Positions 36,893-46,449 of a stretch of DNA of 64,000 nucleotides are shown one piece after another (within the stretch, counting starts at the first letter, position 1; each line of letters opens with the position of its first letter). The notes beneath the pieces were generated by a model. It made no database searches, had not been told where the DNA came from, and saw only the letters and a program-made list of their open reading frames with translations. The stretch spans positions 1,631-65,630 of the forward strand of contig CAZPDF010000002.1 of assembly GCA_964585475.1 (NCBI GenBank), read 5' to 3'. Both the position numbers and the translations under genes were made by a program. This stretch comes from an uncultured Candidatus Saccharibacteria bacterium. Lineage in GTDB: Bacteria > Patescibacteriota > Minisyncoccia > Sungbacterales > HO2-52-23.

Positions 36893-37118
36893 TTGCGGCT
36901 CCTCCAAGGGGCCGTTTTTCTTTTGAGTTTGGTGAATAATGAAGTTTTGGTCCCTGAGCCTGTCGAAGGGCTACCGATGGGTAAAGCCAAAACGTTATCC
37001 TTCGACAAGCTCAGGAAGTAACGTTTTGGCTATTATTCACCAAGTTCTTCTTTTGCTCTCTTGCATTTTTTTGCGCAGGAGCTATTATAGATGACGGATC
37101 TTTTTTGGAGAGAAGCAA

Positions 37119-37529
37119 ATGTTTTTTTTGAGGTTTTTCGCGGGTTTAATTTTTGCAGGAATTTTATTTGCGGCATGCGGACAGGGAGATCAGACAAAAC
37201 AGCCCGAAACTCCGACTCCGCCTCCGATTCAGGTGGCGGATGGAAAAGCGCTTTACGAGACGAACTGCGTCGTATGCCACGGCATCAGCGGAAAAGGCGA
37301 CGGTCCTGCTGCGGCAACTCTGAATCCCAAGTCGGCCGATTTTACCTCGCGAATTATTCGCGATAAATGCAGGTTCAAGAAAGCGGCGATTGAGACGGCG
37401 ATTCGCGAGGGTGGTGCAAGGACCGGAGCTCCGAAGGGGAGTGTAATGCCTCCGTGGAAGAGTTTGACCCAAGAAGAGGTCAATGTGCTTGTAAAGTATG
37501 TTTGCGAAAGTTTTGCGGGGGAGAAGTAG
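37119..37529 (+). CDS. Monoheme c-type cytochrome lipoprotein
   Basis: Lipobox FAAC; GKALYETNCVVCHG; distal MPPW. Confidence 0.88.
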   Translation: MFFLRFFAGLIFAGILFAACGQGDQTKQPETPTPPPIQVADGKALYETNCVVCHGISGKGDGPAAATLNPKSADFTSRIIRDKCRFKKAAIETAIREGGARTGAPKGSVMPPWKSLTQEEVNVLVKYVCESFAGEK

Positions 37530-37575
37530 CGGAGTAAACAAGGTGGCCTGAAAAGACCACATTTTTTATTTTTTT

Positions 37576-37978
37576 CAACCCCTTGACAAGTTTTAGGCCA
37601 GCGCTACTCTGGTATCAGACAAATCGTTTATCCTATCGAGAGTCCCAGAAAGGAAAGGGCAACCTTGCGGAACTTCCGACTTGCAACTTCCGACTTCCAA
37701 CGACTTCTTTGTTGGTAGTTGGTGGTTAATTGTTGGTTGTTGCGTAAGCGCCGACTCTATCCCTAAGGATCCCTAAGCTCCGACATGCGTCGGAGCCGGG
37801 ATGGCGGCCGCTATAAGCGGCTTAGCCATAGAGTTTCGGTTGCCTATTGACCTTTTTCGGGATTTTTTGTTAGGGTGAGCGAGACGACCTTTGACAAGGA
37901 GAAGAAATCAATGAGACGTTTTTGGATGGTTTTGGGCACGATCGCGATGCTTTTCGGTTCATTTTCTTATGTCCAGGC
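37576..37978 (+). repeat. 403-bp exact direct repeat, copy 1 (promoter, structured leader, signal peptide)
   Basis: Identical by eye to 39644-40046. Confidence 0.95.
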
Positions 37979-39587
37979 CGAGACGGATATTCAGAAGCTG
38001 TCGAAGGTACTCCCGGCAGACGTTTTCAAAGAAGTTTCTAAAATTCCCCCCAAGCCGCACTTTTTGCTTGGCCTTGAGCCTAAGACCGATGAATGGGAGC
38101 AATACCTTGAATGGAGAAAGATCTTCCAGACGAAGGATCTTTTCTACGGGTATAATGGCTCCGGTGTCATGGATAAATCCCGCGCAGATTATGTCGCCCC
38201 GGGCAACACCGAGCTTTCAGAGACGGTGAACGTTTCCGGAAAAAATATTCTGATTCTTTACACTCATCACCACTTTACGAAGGACGGAATGCACTCGTTC
38301 TGGTCGGTCACGGGAGAGAAGAACTTGGCGGAGTTTTCTCCTGTCTATCGGAAATACGAAATCCAATGGGGACTCGGACATTTGAGCGACGAGCAGTGGA
38401 AAAATATCCAGCGGGTGCTCGGCTGGGCGCAATTTGAAGCAATGAAGGAGCTTGTTCATGATGTGATTGGTTGGGCTCTTAAGAAAAACCTCAAAGATTA
38501 TAGCGAGATGAATCTTACCGAAGGAGTGCTTGAGGCCCGCGCCGTCCTTCTTGACGATCCGGATTATAAGAAACGGCTTGATGATCCAGTTCCGGGGACA
38601 GCCGGGCTAAAAGTGCGAGACATTATTCCTGTGCCGCTGACGAGGGCCGAGGATTTTCTGCCCGATCTTCTTATTGTAGGACCCAGGGGTTTCTACGGCG
38701 GATTTGCTAACTGGAAAACACCCGATATGGAGCGAATTGTTTTCTTTGACCTCCTTGGACTTGCGCTCTGGCATGTGTCCGGCTGGCCGATGCCTGCGCA
38801 CGAATTCGTGCACACGAACCCCTATCTTCAGGGAATTCCGCTTAGCTTTTATTATGATATCGAGATGTGGGCGGATTTGACGACTGGGCTTGAATCCGGG
38901 ATGCGCGAGTTCCTGTTCCATCCTTATATGGCAGTGGTTCGAGATTCGGTGCGCACCCAATTCGGCTATGATTACGAGGAAGCCAAGCGCCGCATCATGC
39001 CGGGGCAATTCGGGGTAAAAGATATTCGCGAGAAGGAATTCCGAGAGCATGCGAGGCGCGTGAAAGTGATTCGGGATGAACTTGTGCGTTTTGTGAAAGA
39101 TCCGAAAAAAGGACTTCTCGTGCGGTTCTACAGCGACCCGTATTACTGGGTGGCGATCAATACTAAATACTGCGATACCGCAGCTGCCTGGAGAATTCTC
39201 TTTGCCCTGTCATACGAGCCTGCCGGTCTTTATGATCCTGATAAGAAGGATAAAGACGGCAAGATAGTTTCAGCGGTACAGCAGACCAAGGAATGGCTTA
39301 CTAGAGAGGAAGATGGGGGCAACATCAGGCGCCTTGCAGAAAAGGCGATGGCAAATACGGGCAAAGAGTCTAAATTCGCGAAGGAGCTTTCCAAAGTCGA
39401 GTCCAATGAATTAATGAAGTGCCCGGTTGATTCTCGCTGGTTCCTTATGAACGAAGCGGAAAAACGTATGTTCCATGATTTTATAAAGCCGCTTCTTCTG
39501 CAGGGGAAAGACGGAGACCCTGACGCAAGGGTTCTCCTCATGAGAATTTTTGGTCCCGCCATTCTTCAGCGCCTGCAGATTCGCTAG
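37911..39587 (+). CDS. Secreted putative gluzincin-like metalloprotein A
   Basis: AAGGAG SD; 23-aa signal ending VQA; HEFVH...E. Confidence 0.75.
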   Translation: MRRFWMVLGTIAMLFGSFSYVQAETDIQKLSKVLPADVFKEVSKIPPKPHFLLGLEPKTDEWEQYLEWRKIFQTKDLFYGYNGSGVMDKSRADYVAPGNTELSETVNVSGKNILILYTHHHFTKDGMHSFWSVTGEKNLAEFSPVYRKYEIQWGLGHLSDEQWKNIQRVLGWAQFEAMKELVHDVIGWALKKNLKDYSEMNLTEGVLEARAVLLDDPDYKKRLDDPVPGTAGLKVRDIIPVPLTRAEDFLPDLLIVGPRGFYGGFANWKTPDMERIVFFDLLGLALWHVSGWPMPAHEFVHTNPYLQGIPLSFYYDIEMWADLTTGLESGMREFLFHPYMAVVRDSVRTQFGYDYEEAKRRIMPGQFGVKDIREKEFREHARRVKVIRDELVRFVKDPKKGLLVRFYSDPYYWVAINTKYCDTAAAWRILFALSYEPAGLYDPDKKDKDGKIVSAVQQTKEWLTREEDGGNIRRLAEKAMANTGKESKFAKELSKVESNELMKCPVDSRWFLMNEAEKRMFHDFIKPLLLQGKDGDPDARVLLMRIFGPAILQRLQIR

Positions 39588-39643
39588 ATTTTTCTAAGGA
39601 TAACATAATGTGGTCAATATACGACCACATTTTTCTTTTTTCG

Positions 39644-40046
39644 CAACCCCTTGACAAGTTTTAGGCCAGCGCTACTCTGGTATCAGACAAATCGTTTATC
39701 CTATCGAGAGTCCCAGAAAGGAAAGGGCAACCTTGCGGAACTTCCGACTTGCAACTTCCGACTTCCAACGACTTCTTTGTTGGTAGTTGGTGGTTAATTG
39801 TTGGTTGTTGCGTAAGCGCCGACTCTATCCCTAAGGATCCCTAAGCTCCGACATGCGTCGGAGCCGGGATGGCGGCCGCTATAAGCGGCTTAGCCATAGA
39901 GTTTCGGTTGCCTATTGACCTTTTTCGGGATTTTTTGTTAGGGTGAGCGAGACGACCTTTGACAAGGAGAAGAAATCAATGAGACGTTTTTGGATGGTTT
40001 TGGGCACGATCGCGATGCTTTTCGGTTCATTTTCTTATGTCCAGGC
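39644..40046 (+). repeat. 403-bp exact direct repeat, copy 2
   Basis: Identical to 37576-37978. Confidence 0.95.
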
Positions 40047-41436
40047 TGATACGGTCTGGCCCAAAGAATGTCAGGGCAAGGAGCCGCACTACCTTACTGG
40101 ATTTACGCAGACCAAAGATCAAATCGATGCTTTCTTCCAGATGCAGCAAAACTATCGGATGAGTCAGGCAGATTCTGCTAACCGTGCGGTGCGTGCTACA
40201 AACCTTGGAGAGTACGTAAAGCTTACCTTCTACGGCCACACGCTTACGCTATATCTGCCGATGTACCGGCAAGTGGGAAATACTGTTTACTTCCATACCG
40301 CATCCGGGGTGACACCCCTTACCGTACAGGAATTTGAGTGCGTGAAAGCGGATCTGAAGCAATGGATTCAGAGCGCGGTTGATGCAGACTACGATGATCA
40401 TAAGATGATTACTACGATCGCGGTCGAGAGTTTTGGCAAGCGAAACAATATGACTCCGGAAGCTGTGTATAAGCTTCTCGCAAAGCAGGTTCCAGAGTAC
40501 GGCACGAACTATGCTGACGTTTTGAAGATCCCCCTGCTTGAGCCAGTAGATTTCATCAGAAGTGTGAAATACATGTATTTCACAGCGATGGGCTCCTGCA
40601 ACGCCACCGTCTATGTCAAGACCGTGGTAGCGCTTACTCCGTGTGTGCGACGCATGGATCATATCATCGGCTATCCTACCGTGATGAAGCATGAGCTGAT
40701 TCATGCGAACATCAAACTCCAAGGATATCCCATTGCCTGGCACATGAATTACGAGCTTTTTGCCGCCCTGCTTCCTTTTCTTGAGCAGCCGACAAACCTT
40801 GACGACTTTTTCTATCACACGTATCTTTCGACGCCTTGGGAGATTCTCAAAGTGTTTGGCCGCTGGGATATCCAGAAGGTGCGTCAAGAGATTTTCCGCT
40901 ACGTCGTGGCTTGGCGCGGCAGCGCGATGAACCGAGAGGTTCTGGCAGGCTACCTTGCCGAGATTAACGAAGCCGCTAAGTGGCTTCGGGAGACTGGCCT
41001 GCAGGCGCTCGCCGAATTTTATTCCGATCCCCACGCTTGGGCTGCGGTAAACGACATGTTCTATGACGACGATATGGCCTATAAAGCGATAATGGCCAAA
41101 AACTGGGAGCCCACGCTTCTTAAGGGCCATGCTAATACCGTGAAATTCATCCTTAAGCATGCGGATCAATCAAAGTCGATTGCCGAAAGGGCCATGGAGC
41201 GGGTAGGAAAGGATAGTAAGGGCTTTGAAGACGACCGTCGCGTCAAGGCCCTCGGGGAGTATTTGAAACTCGCCGAGGCGCTCGGTTTCTCGAAAGACGA
41301 GCTAGTCCGCATGGGGCGCGCGCATGGATACCGCATTGAGCATTTCGAGCGGATGGATCTTGACATGATGCGCCAACTCATGAATGATTTCCTTAAGGGA
41401 GAAGGAATGTTTGAGAAAAGACTGGAGGTGCGCTAA
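39979..41436 (+). CDS. Secreted putative gluzincin-like metalloprotein B
   Basis: Same signal peptide; HELIH...E; shares N..LQG.P, F..H.Y and FYSDP..W with protein A. Confidence 0.75.
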   Translation: MRRFWMVLGTIAMLFGSFSYVQADTVWPKECQGKEPHYLTGFTQTKDQIDAFFQMQQNYRMSQADSANRAVRATNLGEYVKLTFYGHTLTLYLPMYRQVGNTVYFHTASGVTPLTVQEFECVKADLKQWIQSAVDADYDDHKMITTIAVESFGKRNNMTPEAVYKLLAKQVPEYGTNYADVLKIPLLEPVDFIRSVKYMYFTAMGSCNATVYVKTVVALTPCVRRMDHIIGYPTVMKHELIHANIKLQGYPIAWHMNYELFAALLPFLEQPTNLDDFFYHTYLSTPWEILKVFGRWDIQKVRQEIFRYVVAWRGSAMNREVLAGYLAEINEAAKWLRETGLQALAEFYSDPHAWAAVNDMFYDDDMAYKAIMAKNWEPTLLKGHANTVKFILKHADQSKSIAERAMERVGKDSKGFEDDRRVKALGEYLKLAEALGFSKDELVRMGRAHGYRIEHFERMDLDMMRQLMNDFLKGEGMFEKRLEVR

Positions 41437-41462
41437 TGGTACGAGATAAGGGAGGTAAGGCC

Positions 41463-43055
41463 ATGAAAACGAGGTATCTCGTTTCTTTGTTCCTGGGTTT
41501 TGCTCTTATCGTTGCAGGCTGTGCCACCACTGGTCAGAAAGGATGCACGGATGAGGTTAAACAGCGCTACCCCACTTACACCAAAGATGAACGGTTGGTG
41601 CTCTTCTATGGCGCCAAAGGAGTGGGGTGTATCCATGAGTGGATTCTCGAGGTTGAAAAAGATAAGGATGGCAAGCCGGGTGCTCCCAAGATCGCCTACC
41701 ACAAGATCAAGCTTGACAAACTTCTGGCGGTGGAACTAAAGCAGCTCACAGATTTCGAAAGCATTCTTGATACCAATCCCCAGAACGAGCGGACGTATAA
41801 GCTCCTGGAAGAGATGGGAATTCGGCCTTACTTTGAAGCCATGGAGCGCGCGGGGAAATTCCGCTTTGCACGTTGGACGCTCAAACTCAATTACGACGAG
41901 TTCCGCAAGCTTCTTGGCGAGATTGATTCTTCCAAAGAAGCAGAGGATCGTCGCAAGAGTTACACTGCCGAGATTTTGCTTCCCCAATGGGATCCCGCTA
42001 AGGAAACCCCCTTTGTTGCGAAGTACGTTGAAGAAGCAAAAAAGAACGGGAAGCTTGTTTTTGTGGGAATGACTACGGTCTTTGACTATGAACTTCTTGG
42101 GAAAAAGGAGCCCGATCCGGAAGTCCCGTGGGACCCCAATCGATTTGTCTGGAAAGAAAAAGAAGAGGGGCTGGAACTCCGGCTCTATAAGGTGATGAAC
42201 ACTGACCGGCCTAGGGATAAGCAGCCTCATTATCTTGAGGCCACGCGCTTGACCTACCGTTTTGATAAGGACGGCAAAATCATTGGCACAGAGCGCGAGT
42301 CAAAGCCAGCGCTTCGTGTCTTTGCTTCGCCTTCCGATACTCTCGATATCGTGGTGCTTGATTCGGACCGCGAGGGAGACCTGGGTTTTGGTTTCCCGGA
42401 CGTCATTCAGAAGCTCTTTTCTAGCGTTGCGAGCGGAAAGGATCTTTACCTACAGCATCAGTCGCTTCTTGCCCAGCTTTTTGTGGAGAAGATGGCGGAC
42501 AAGCGAAAACCACTACCGAAGCCCCAGCCTCAGAAGCTTGAGACCGCGCAAGCCGGGACCCCGGTTGATCCGTGGGAGAAAGCACCCGGCCCGCAGGGAT
42601 GGAGCGTTCCCCATGAATACAAGAGCGAGAAGAAAGATAACTATAAGGTTGAAATCGTTTTGGTGCCAAGAAAGCCGGGGGAAGATTCTTCGGTGAGACA
42701 GATTAAACTCATCGCCAAAATCTACCACGCCGCGGCCAATGAATGGGAGTCGTCCAAGGGAGAGGTGGTAGAGTACTATCGTCCTCTGCCCGAGTACGCC
42801 GAGAAGAATATTCTTGAAACCAAGGTTGATTATTCTAACAAGAAGAAGGTTACGATCGAGCGCGAAGGCAAGCCGAGCATCTCGGGGATCGTGAATCCTG
42901 GTAAGAACGCATTTACCGAGGAGCGGCCGGTCGCGATTGATTTCTCCGATGGCGAGACGCGCTGGCGGATCGCCGATCGCGACAAGTCAGGTGTTTACAT
43001 GTACCGGATGGAGATTTCAAAATCCAGCGGCAGCTCGAACGGAGAAGACCAGTAA
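41463..43055 (+). CDS. Large hypothetical lipoprotein
   Basis: GGAGGT SD; lipobox VAGC. Confidence 0.75.
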   Translation: MKTRYLVSLFLGFALIVAGCATTGQKGCTDEVKQRYPTYTKDERLVLFYGAKGVGCIHEWILEVEKDKDGKPGAPKIAYHKIKLDKLLAVELKQLTDFESILDTNPQNERTYKLLEEMGIRPYFEAMERAGKFRFARWTLKLNYDEFRKLLGEIDSSKEAEDRRKSYTAEILLPQWDPAKETPFVAKYVEEAKKNGKLVFVGMTTVFDYELLGKKEPDPEVPWDPNRFVWKEKEEGLELRLYKVMNTDRPRDKQPHYLEATRLTYRFDKDGKIIGTERESKPALRVFASPSDTLDIVVLDSDREGDLGFGFPDVIQKLFSSVASGKDLYLQHQSLLAQLFVEKMADKRKPLPKPQPQKLETAQAGTPVDPWEKAPGPQGWSVPHEYKSEKKDNYKVEIVLVPRKPGEDSSVRQIKLIAKIYHAAANEWESSKGEVVEYYRPLPEYAEKNILETKVDYSNKKKVTIEREGKPSISGIVNPGKNAFTEERPVAIDFSDGETRWRIADRDKSGVYMYRMEISKSSGSSNGEDQ

Positions 43056-43097
43056 TTTTTTAGATAAAGCTACAGTTCCGCATCACACGCGGAACTT

Positions 43098-43304
43098 TTT
43101 AATTATTTGTCTAAGTTTTGAAGTCGGAGCGAACAAAACTTAGCAACAAATAATTAACCCCGCACTTATTTTACCACCCAGAACGATATGAAGCTTCCGA
43201 TGGCATGAATCACGACTTACTGTTGCGTGGTGCGTGCGCGAATAGCGCATCCCTCATTGGGCGAAGCACCACGCCGTCCGCTGCCCCGTAAAATAAGTGC
43301 GGGG
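43098..43304. mobile_element. Composite hairpin plus CCCCGCAC MITE (43158-43304)
   Basis: TTATTTGTCTAAGTTTTG..CAAAACTTAGCAACAAATAA then CCCCGCACTTATTTTAC..GTAAAATAAGTGCGGGG. Confidence 0.8.
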
Positions 43305-43310
43305 TCGAAT

Positions 43311-45338
43311 TCACCCTTTTGCTGTTTCAACTGCATCAGCCAGCATCTGGCAATAAAGATTGAGCCCAACCTTATTGATGGCTCCGGACTGCTCACGTCC
43401 AAGAATATTTCCGGCACCGCGGATTTCAAGATCCCGAAGTGCAATTTGATATCCGCTCCCTAGTTCCGCATATTCTTTGAGAGCATCTAGCCGCTCTAAA
43501 GATTTCTCCGTAAGATGAGGCGGTTTATAAAGGAAGTAGGCGAAGGCCTGGGTTGAAGCGCGACCTATTCTTCCGCGAAGCTGATGCGCTTCGGCCAGGC
43601 CGAGACGCGTGGCGTCATCCACGATTAGGGTATTGGCTGATGAAATATCAAGGCCGTTTTCAATAATGGTAGTAGCCAGCAGCAGATCGGCTTCTTTATT
43701 CCGGAATTTGTCCATGGCGCGCAAAATTTCACGCTCTTTCATCCTACCGTGTATGGTCTCGATCCGCAGCCGTCCGCCGATTTTAAGCGAACTAAGTTTT
43801 TCCCTGACACGCCCGATGGTTTCAATCCTATTATGCAAAAAATAAATCTGACCACCCCGTTTAATTTCAAATTCGATTGCTTTTCGTATGGTTTGGGGCG
43901 AGTAAGGAAGTGCGAGTGTAGCAATCGGCAGGCGCTCCGGCGGCGGGGTCTCGATGAGGGAAAGGTCGCGCAATTTGGCAAGCGCCAAGGAGAGCGTTCG
44001 CGGAATGGGAGTTGCTGAAAGCGAGAGAATATCTATTCCTGCTCGAAGGTTCTTGAAATACTCTTTTTGCTTGACTCCAAAGCGCTGTTCCTCATCAATG
44101 ATTACTAGGCCGAGATCTTTGAATTTTACATCGGGGGAAAGCAAGCGGTGGGTGCCTATGATGCAGTCAATTTTACCCTCGCTCAACTCCCGCAGGATTC
44201 GCGTTTCGTCTCCTCGAGAGATGAGCCGCGAGAGCATGGCCGCAGTTACTGGTAATTGGTTACTAATGCGTTCGTGGAATGTTTTTTCGTGCTGGGAGGC
44301 AAGAATCGTGGTTGGCGCAAGAAGTGCTACCTGCCTGCCCGAGGCAATTACCCGGAGTGCTGCGCGGAGTGCCAGTTCCGTTTTTCCGAAACCAACGTCG
44401 CCGCAAAGAATTCGGTCCATGGGCCTCGTATGCTCAAGGTCGCGCATTATTTCTTCCTCAGCGCGCAATTGGTCTTCCGTCTCTACAAAGGAAAATGTTT
44501 CTTTGAGTTCTCTCTCCAGCATCGCGTCCCCCGCATAAGGCGGACGCTCGGAGGCATGGCGTTTCGCATAAAGCTCCAAAAGTTCGTGCGCGAGTTTCTC
44601 CGCATCTTCTTTTACTCGTCTTTTAGCGGTCTGCCATATTGTTCCGCCGAGCCGATGGATTCTCGGGGTTTCGAATCCCACATAGGGCGAAAGGCGGTCT
44701 TTTTGATCGGTCGGCACGTAGAGGCGGTCGGGTTCGGCATTCGGCCGGGGGGCCGCATATTCAATTATGAAAAAATCCGAAGCACGAAATCCGAAATCGT
44801 TTTGGAATTTTGAATTTTGAATTTCGGATTTGTTTCGGTTTTCGGATTTCGTATTTAGGATTTCCGCGGCCGTGCCGCGGTATATTCCGATGCCGTGGTC
44901 TACATGCACCACATAACTTCCTGGCGGAAGTTTTTCAATTGTTTGCGTACGGACAAATTTGGGTTTTACTTTCTCCGCGGTTTCCGGACGCTCGCTTATC
45001 GAATCAATTGTGTTTCCCGCAAATTCAATGAGGTAGGGTGTTTCTGCATTGATCGGCCAGAGCTCAATAATTCCTCCGCGAACCGCAAATACGCCTCGGC
45101 CCGGTACTGTTTGCGCCCGCTCGTATCCAAGATCAATCAATTTTCTTGTAAATTCCGAGGGTTTTAGAACGAGGTCCGTTTCTATAAAGAAGGCATTGCC
45201 ACGCCACCAGAGATTGGTTGAAGCAGCTTTTTTTATCGAGGCGCGATTTTCTTTAAACCATAAAGCACCCCTTTCCAGATTCTGGGGGGTGAGTGACACG
45301 ATTAGGAGCTCGGTAATTTCCGGCGGTCCGGTTGACAT
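43311..45338 (-). CDS. mfd: Transcription-repair coupling factor, minimal form
   Basis: FAVRGGI, VVHVDHGIG (RID), GDVGFGKT, DEEQRFG, SATPIPRT, QLRGRIGR, RDLEIRGAG; no C-terminal D7 domain. Confidence 0.92.
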   Translation of the reverse strand: MSTGPPEITELLIVSLTPQNLERGALWFKENRASIKKAASTNLWWRGNAFFIETDLVLKPSEFTRKLIDLGYERAQTVPGRGVFAVRGGIIELWPINAETPYLIEFAGNTIDSISERPETAEKVKPKFVRTQTIEKLPPGSYVVHVDHGIGIYRGTAAEILNTKSENRNKSEIQNSKFQNDFGFRASDFFIIEYAAPRPNAEPDRLYVPTDQKDRLSPYVGFETPRIHRLGGTIWQTAKRRVKEDAEKLAHELLELYAKRHASERPPYAGDAMLERELKETFSFVETEDQLRAEEEIMRDLEHTRPMDRILCGDVGFGKTELALRAALRVIASGRQVALLAPTTILASQHEKTFHERISNQLPVTAAMLSRLISRGDETRILRELSEGKIDCIIGTHRLLSPDVKFKDLGLVIIDEEQRFGVKQKEYFKNLRAGIDILSLSATPIPRTLSLALAKLRDLSLIETPPPERLPIATLALPYSPQTIRKAIEFEIKRGGQIYFLHNRIETIGRVREKLSSLKIGGRLRIETIHGRMKEREILRAMDKFRNKEADLLLATTIIENGLDISSANTLIVDDATRLGLAEAHQLRGRIGRASTQAFAYFLYKPPHLTEKSLERLDALKEYAELGSGYQIALRDLEIRGAGNILGREQSGAINKVGLNLYCQMLADAVETAKG

Positions 45339-45393
45339 TCGTTTAAAACATGATATCATGGTTGGCAGCACTAAACAAGAAAGGCGGCCGAAC

Positions 45394-45774
45394 ATGTTTC
45401 GCACGAGACATAGCGGTACGTTTCTTCTGCTCTTCTTCTCTGTCTTTATATTCCTTATGATGGCGCGCGAGGGGGAAACCGGGGAGCCGCCCGGAGGTGA
45501 TCCCCTGGAACGCCTTTTTCAAATAATTCAGAGCGGCATGAGTATCGAGGAAGTTTCCGAGAAGGCAGGGGAATTGAATGTGCGTGTCGTATCACGATTC
45601 GATTCCCGCATGATTACTTTTGAGTGGTACGGCGAGGATTTCTTCCGCACCGGCACGAAGCCCTTTTCGGTTTTGTATATTAAATTTCTTGAGGAAAAAG
45701 TAGTTTGTGTCTATTATCGGTTTGCCTATGAGCGTGATCCTCATATACGCCGGGAACGCGGCATAGCTTGCTGA
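45394..45774 (+). CDS. Hypothetical exported protein
   Basis: N-terminal TM/signal; IQSGMSIEEV. Confidence 0.55.
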   Translation: MFRTRHSGTFLLLFFSVFIFLMMAREGETGEPPGGDPLERLFQIIQSGMSIEEVSEKAGELNVRVVSRFDSRMITFEWYGEDFFRTGTKPFSVLYIKFLEEKVVCVYYRFAYERDPHIRRERGIAC

Positions 45775-45836
45775 ATCCGCGAAGTCCTACGGAAAACCAA
45801 AAAAGCAGAAAATCGCACCTCGGTGCGACTTTCTTT

Positions 45837-46403
45837 TTAATTTTTGTTTATAAGGTTTATGGCTTTCTCTGGTCCTGCATCCAAAATCAGCAAAAGTCCT
45901 TCCAGTAATTTCTTTTTTACTTTTTTCAAGACTGTTTCTTCTACGGGCGTAAATTTCTGTAAAACCAATTTCATCGCGTCCACGCGTTTTTTCTTCTGTA
46001 TCCCTACCCGGAGTCGCCAAAAATCCCAAGTGCCGAGAGCCCGTCTAACCGACTCCACTCCTTTGTGTCCGGCCGAATGTTTCCCGAAAGAAAGTTTGGC
46101 GCGCCCGAGTTCTATATCCGCATCGTCGTGGATGAGAAAAACGCTTTTTGGTTTCACTTTGTAGAAACGTACGGCGGGAGAGACCGCATTACCAGATTTA
46201 TTCATCATCGTATCGGGCAAGAGTACTGCAACTCGCTCTTTACCAATCTTTCCCTCGCCTACTTCGGCGTTCCATTTTTTCTCAAAGCGAAAATCGGGAA
46301 GACCGCCCTTGTCCCTAAAGGCAGCCGCAATTTCCCGTCCGATATTATGGCGGGTTCCTTTGTACTCTTTTCCCGGATTACCGAGGCCAACGACGAGAAT
46401 CAT
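45837..46403 (-). CDS. pth: Peptidyl-tRNA hydrolase
   Basis: VGLGNPG..TRHNIG, MNKSG, HDD, GHKG, RLRVGI. Confidence 0.96.
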   Translation of the reverse strand: MILVVGLGNPGKEYKGTRHNIGREIAAAFRDKGGLPDFRFEKKWNAEVGEGKIGKERVAVLLPDTMMNKSGNAVSPAVRFYKVKPKSVFLIHDDADIELGRAKLSFGKHSAGHKGVESVRRALGTWDFWRLRVGIQKKKRVDAMKLVLQKFTPVEETVLKKVKKKLLEGLLLILDAGPEKAINLINKN

Positions 46404-46449
46404 ATATTTGCCAAGCCCAAGAGAATCACTATAATGATATAGTACCCAT

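Noticed and set aside
37630-37865. Canonical SAM-I or c-di-GMP riboswitch
   Set aside because: Only fragments resemble SAM-I; P2/kink-turn/pseudoknot elements are absent and downstream genes are unrelated. Kept only as an unknown leader.
40249-41169. 306-aa antisense ORF and other long shadow ORFs opposite core genes
   Set aside because: They fully overlap well-supported genes on the other strand and show no motifs.
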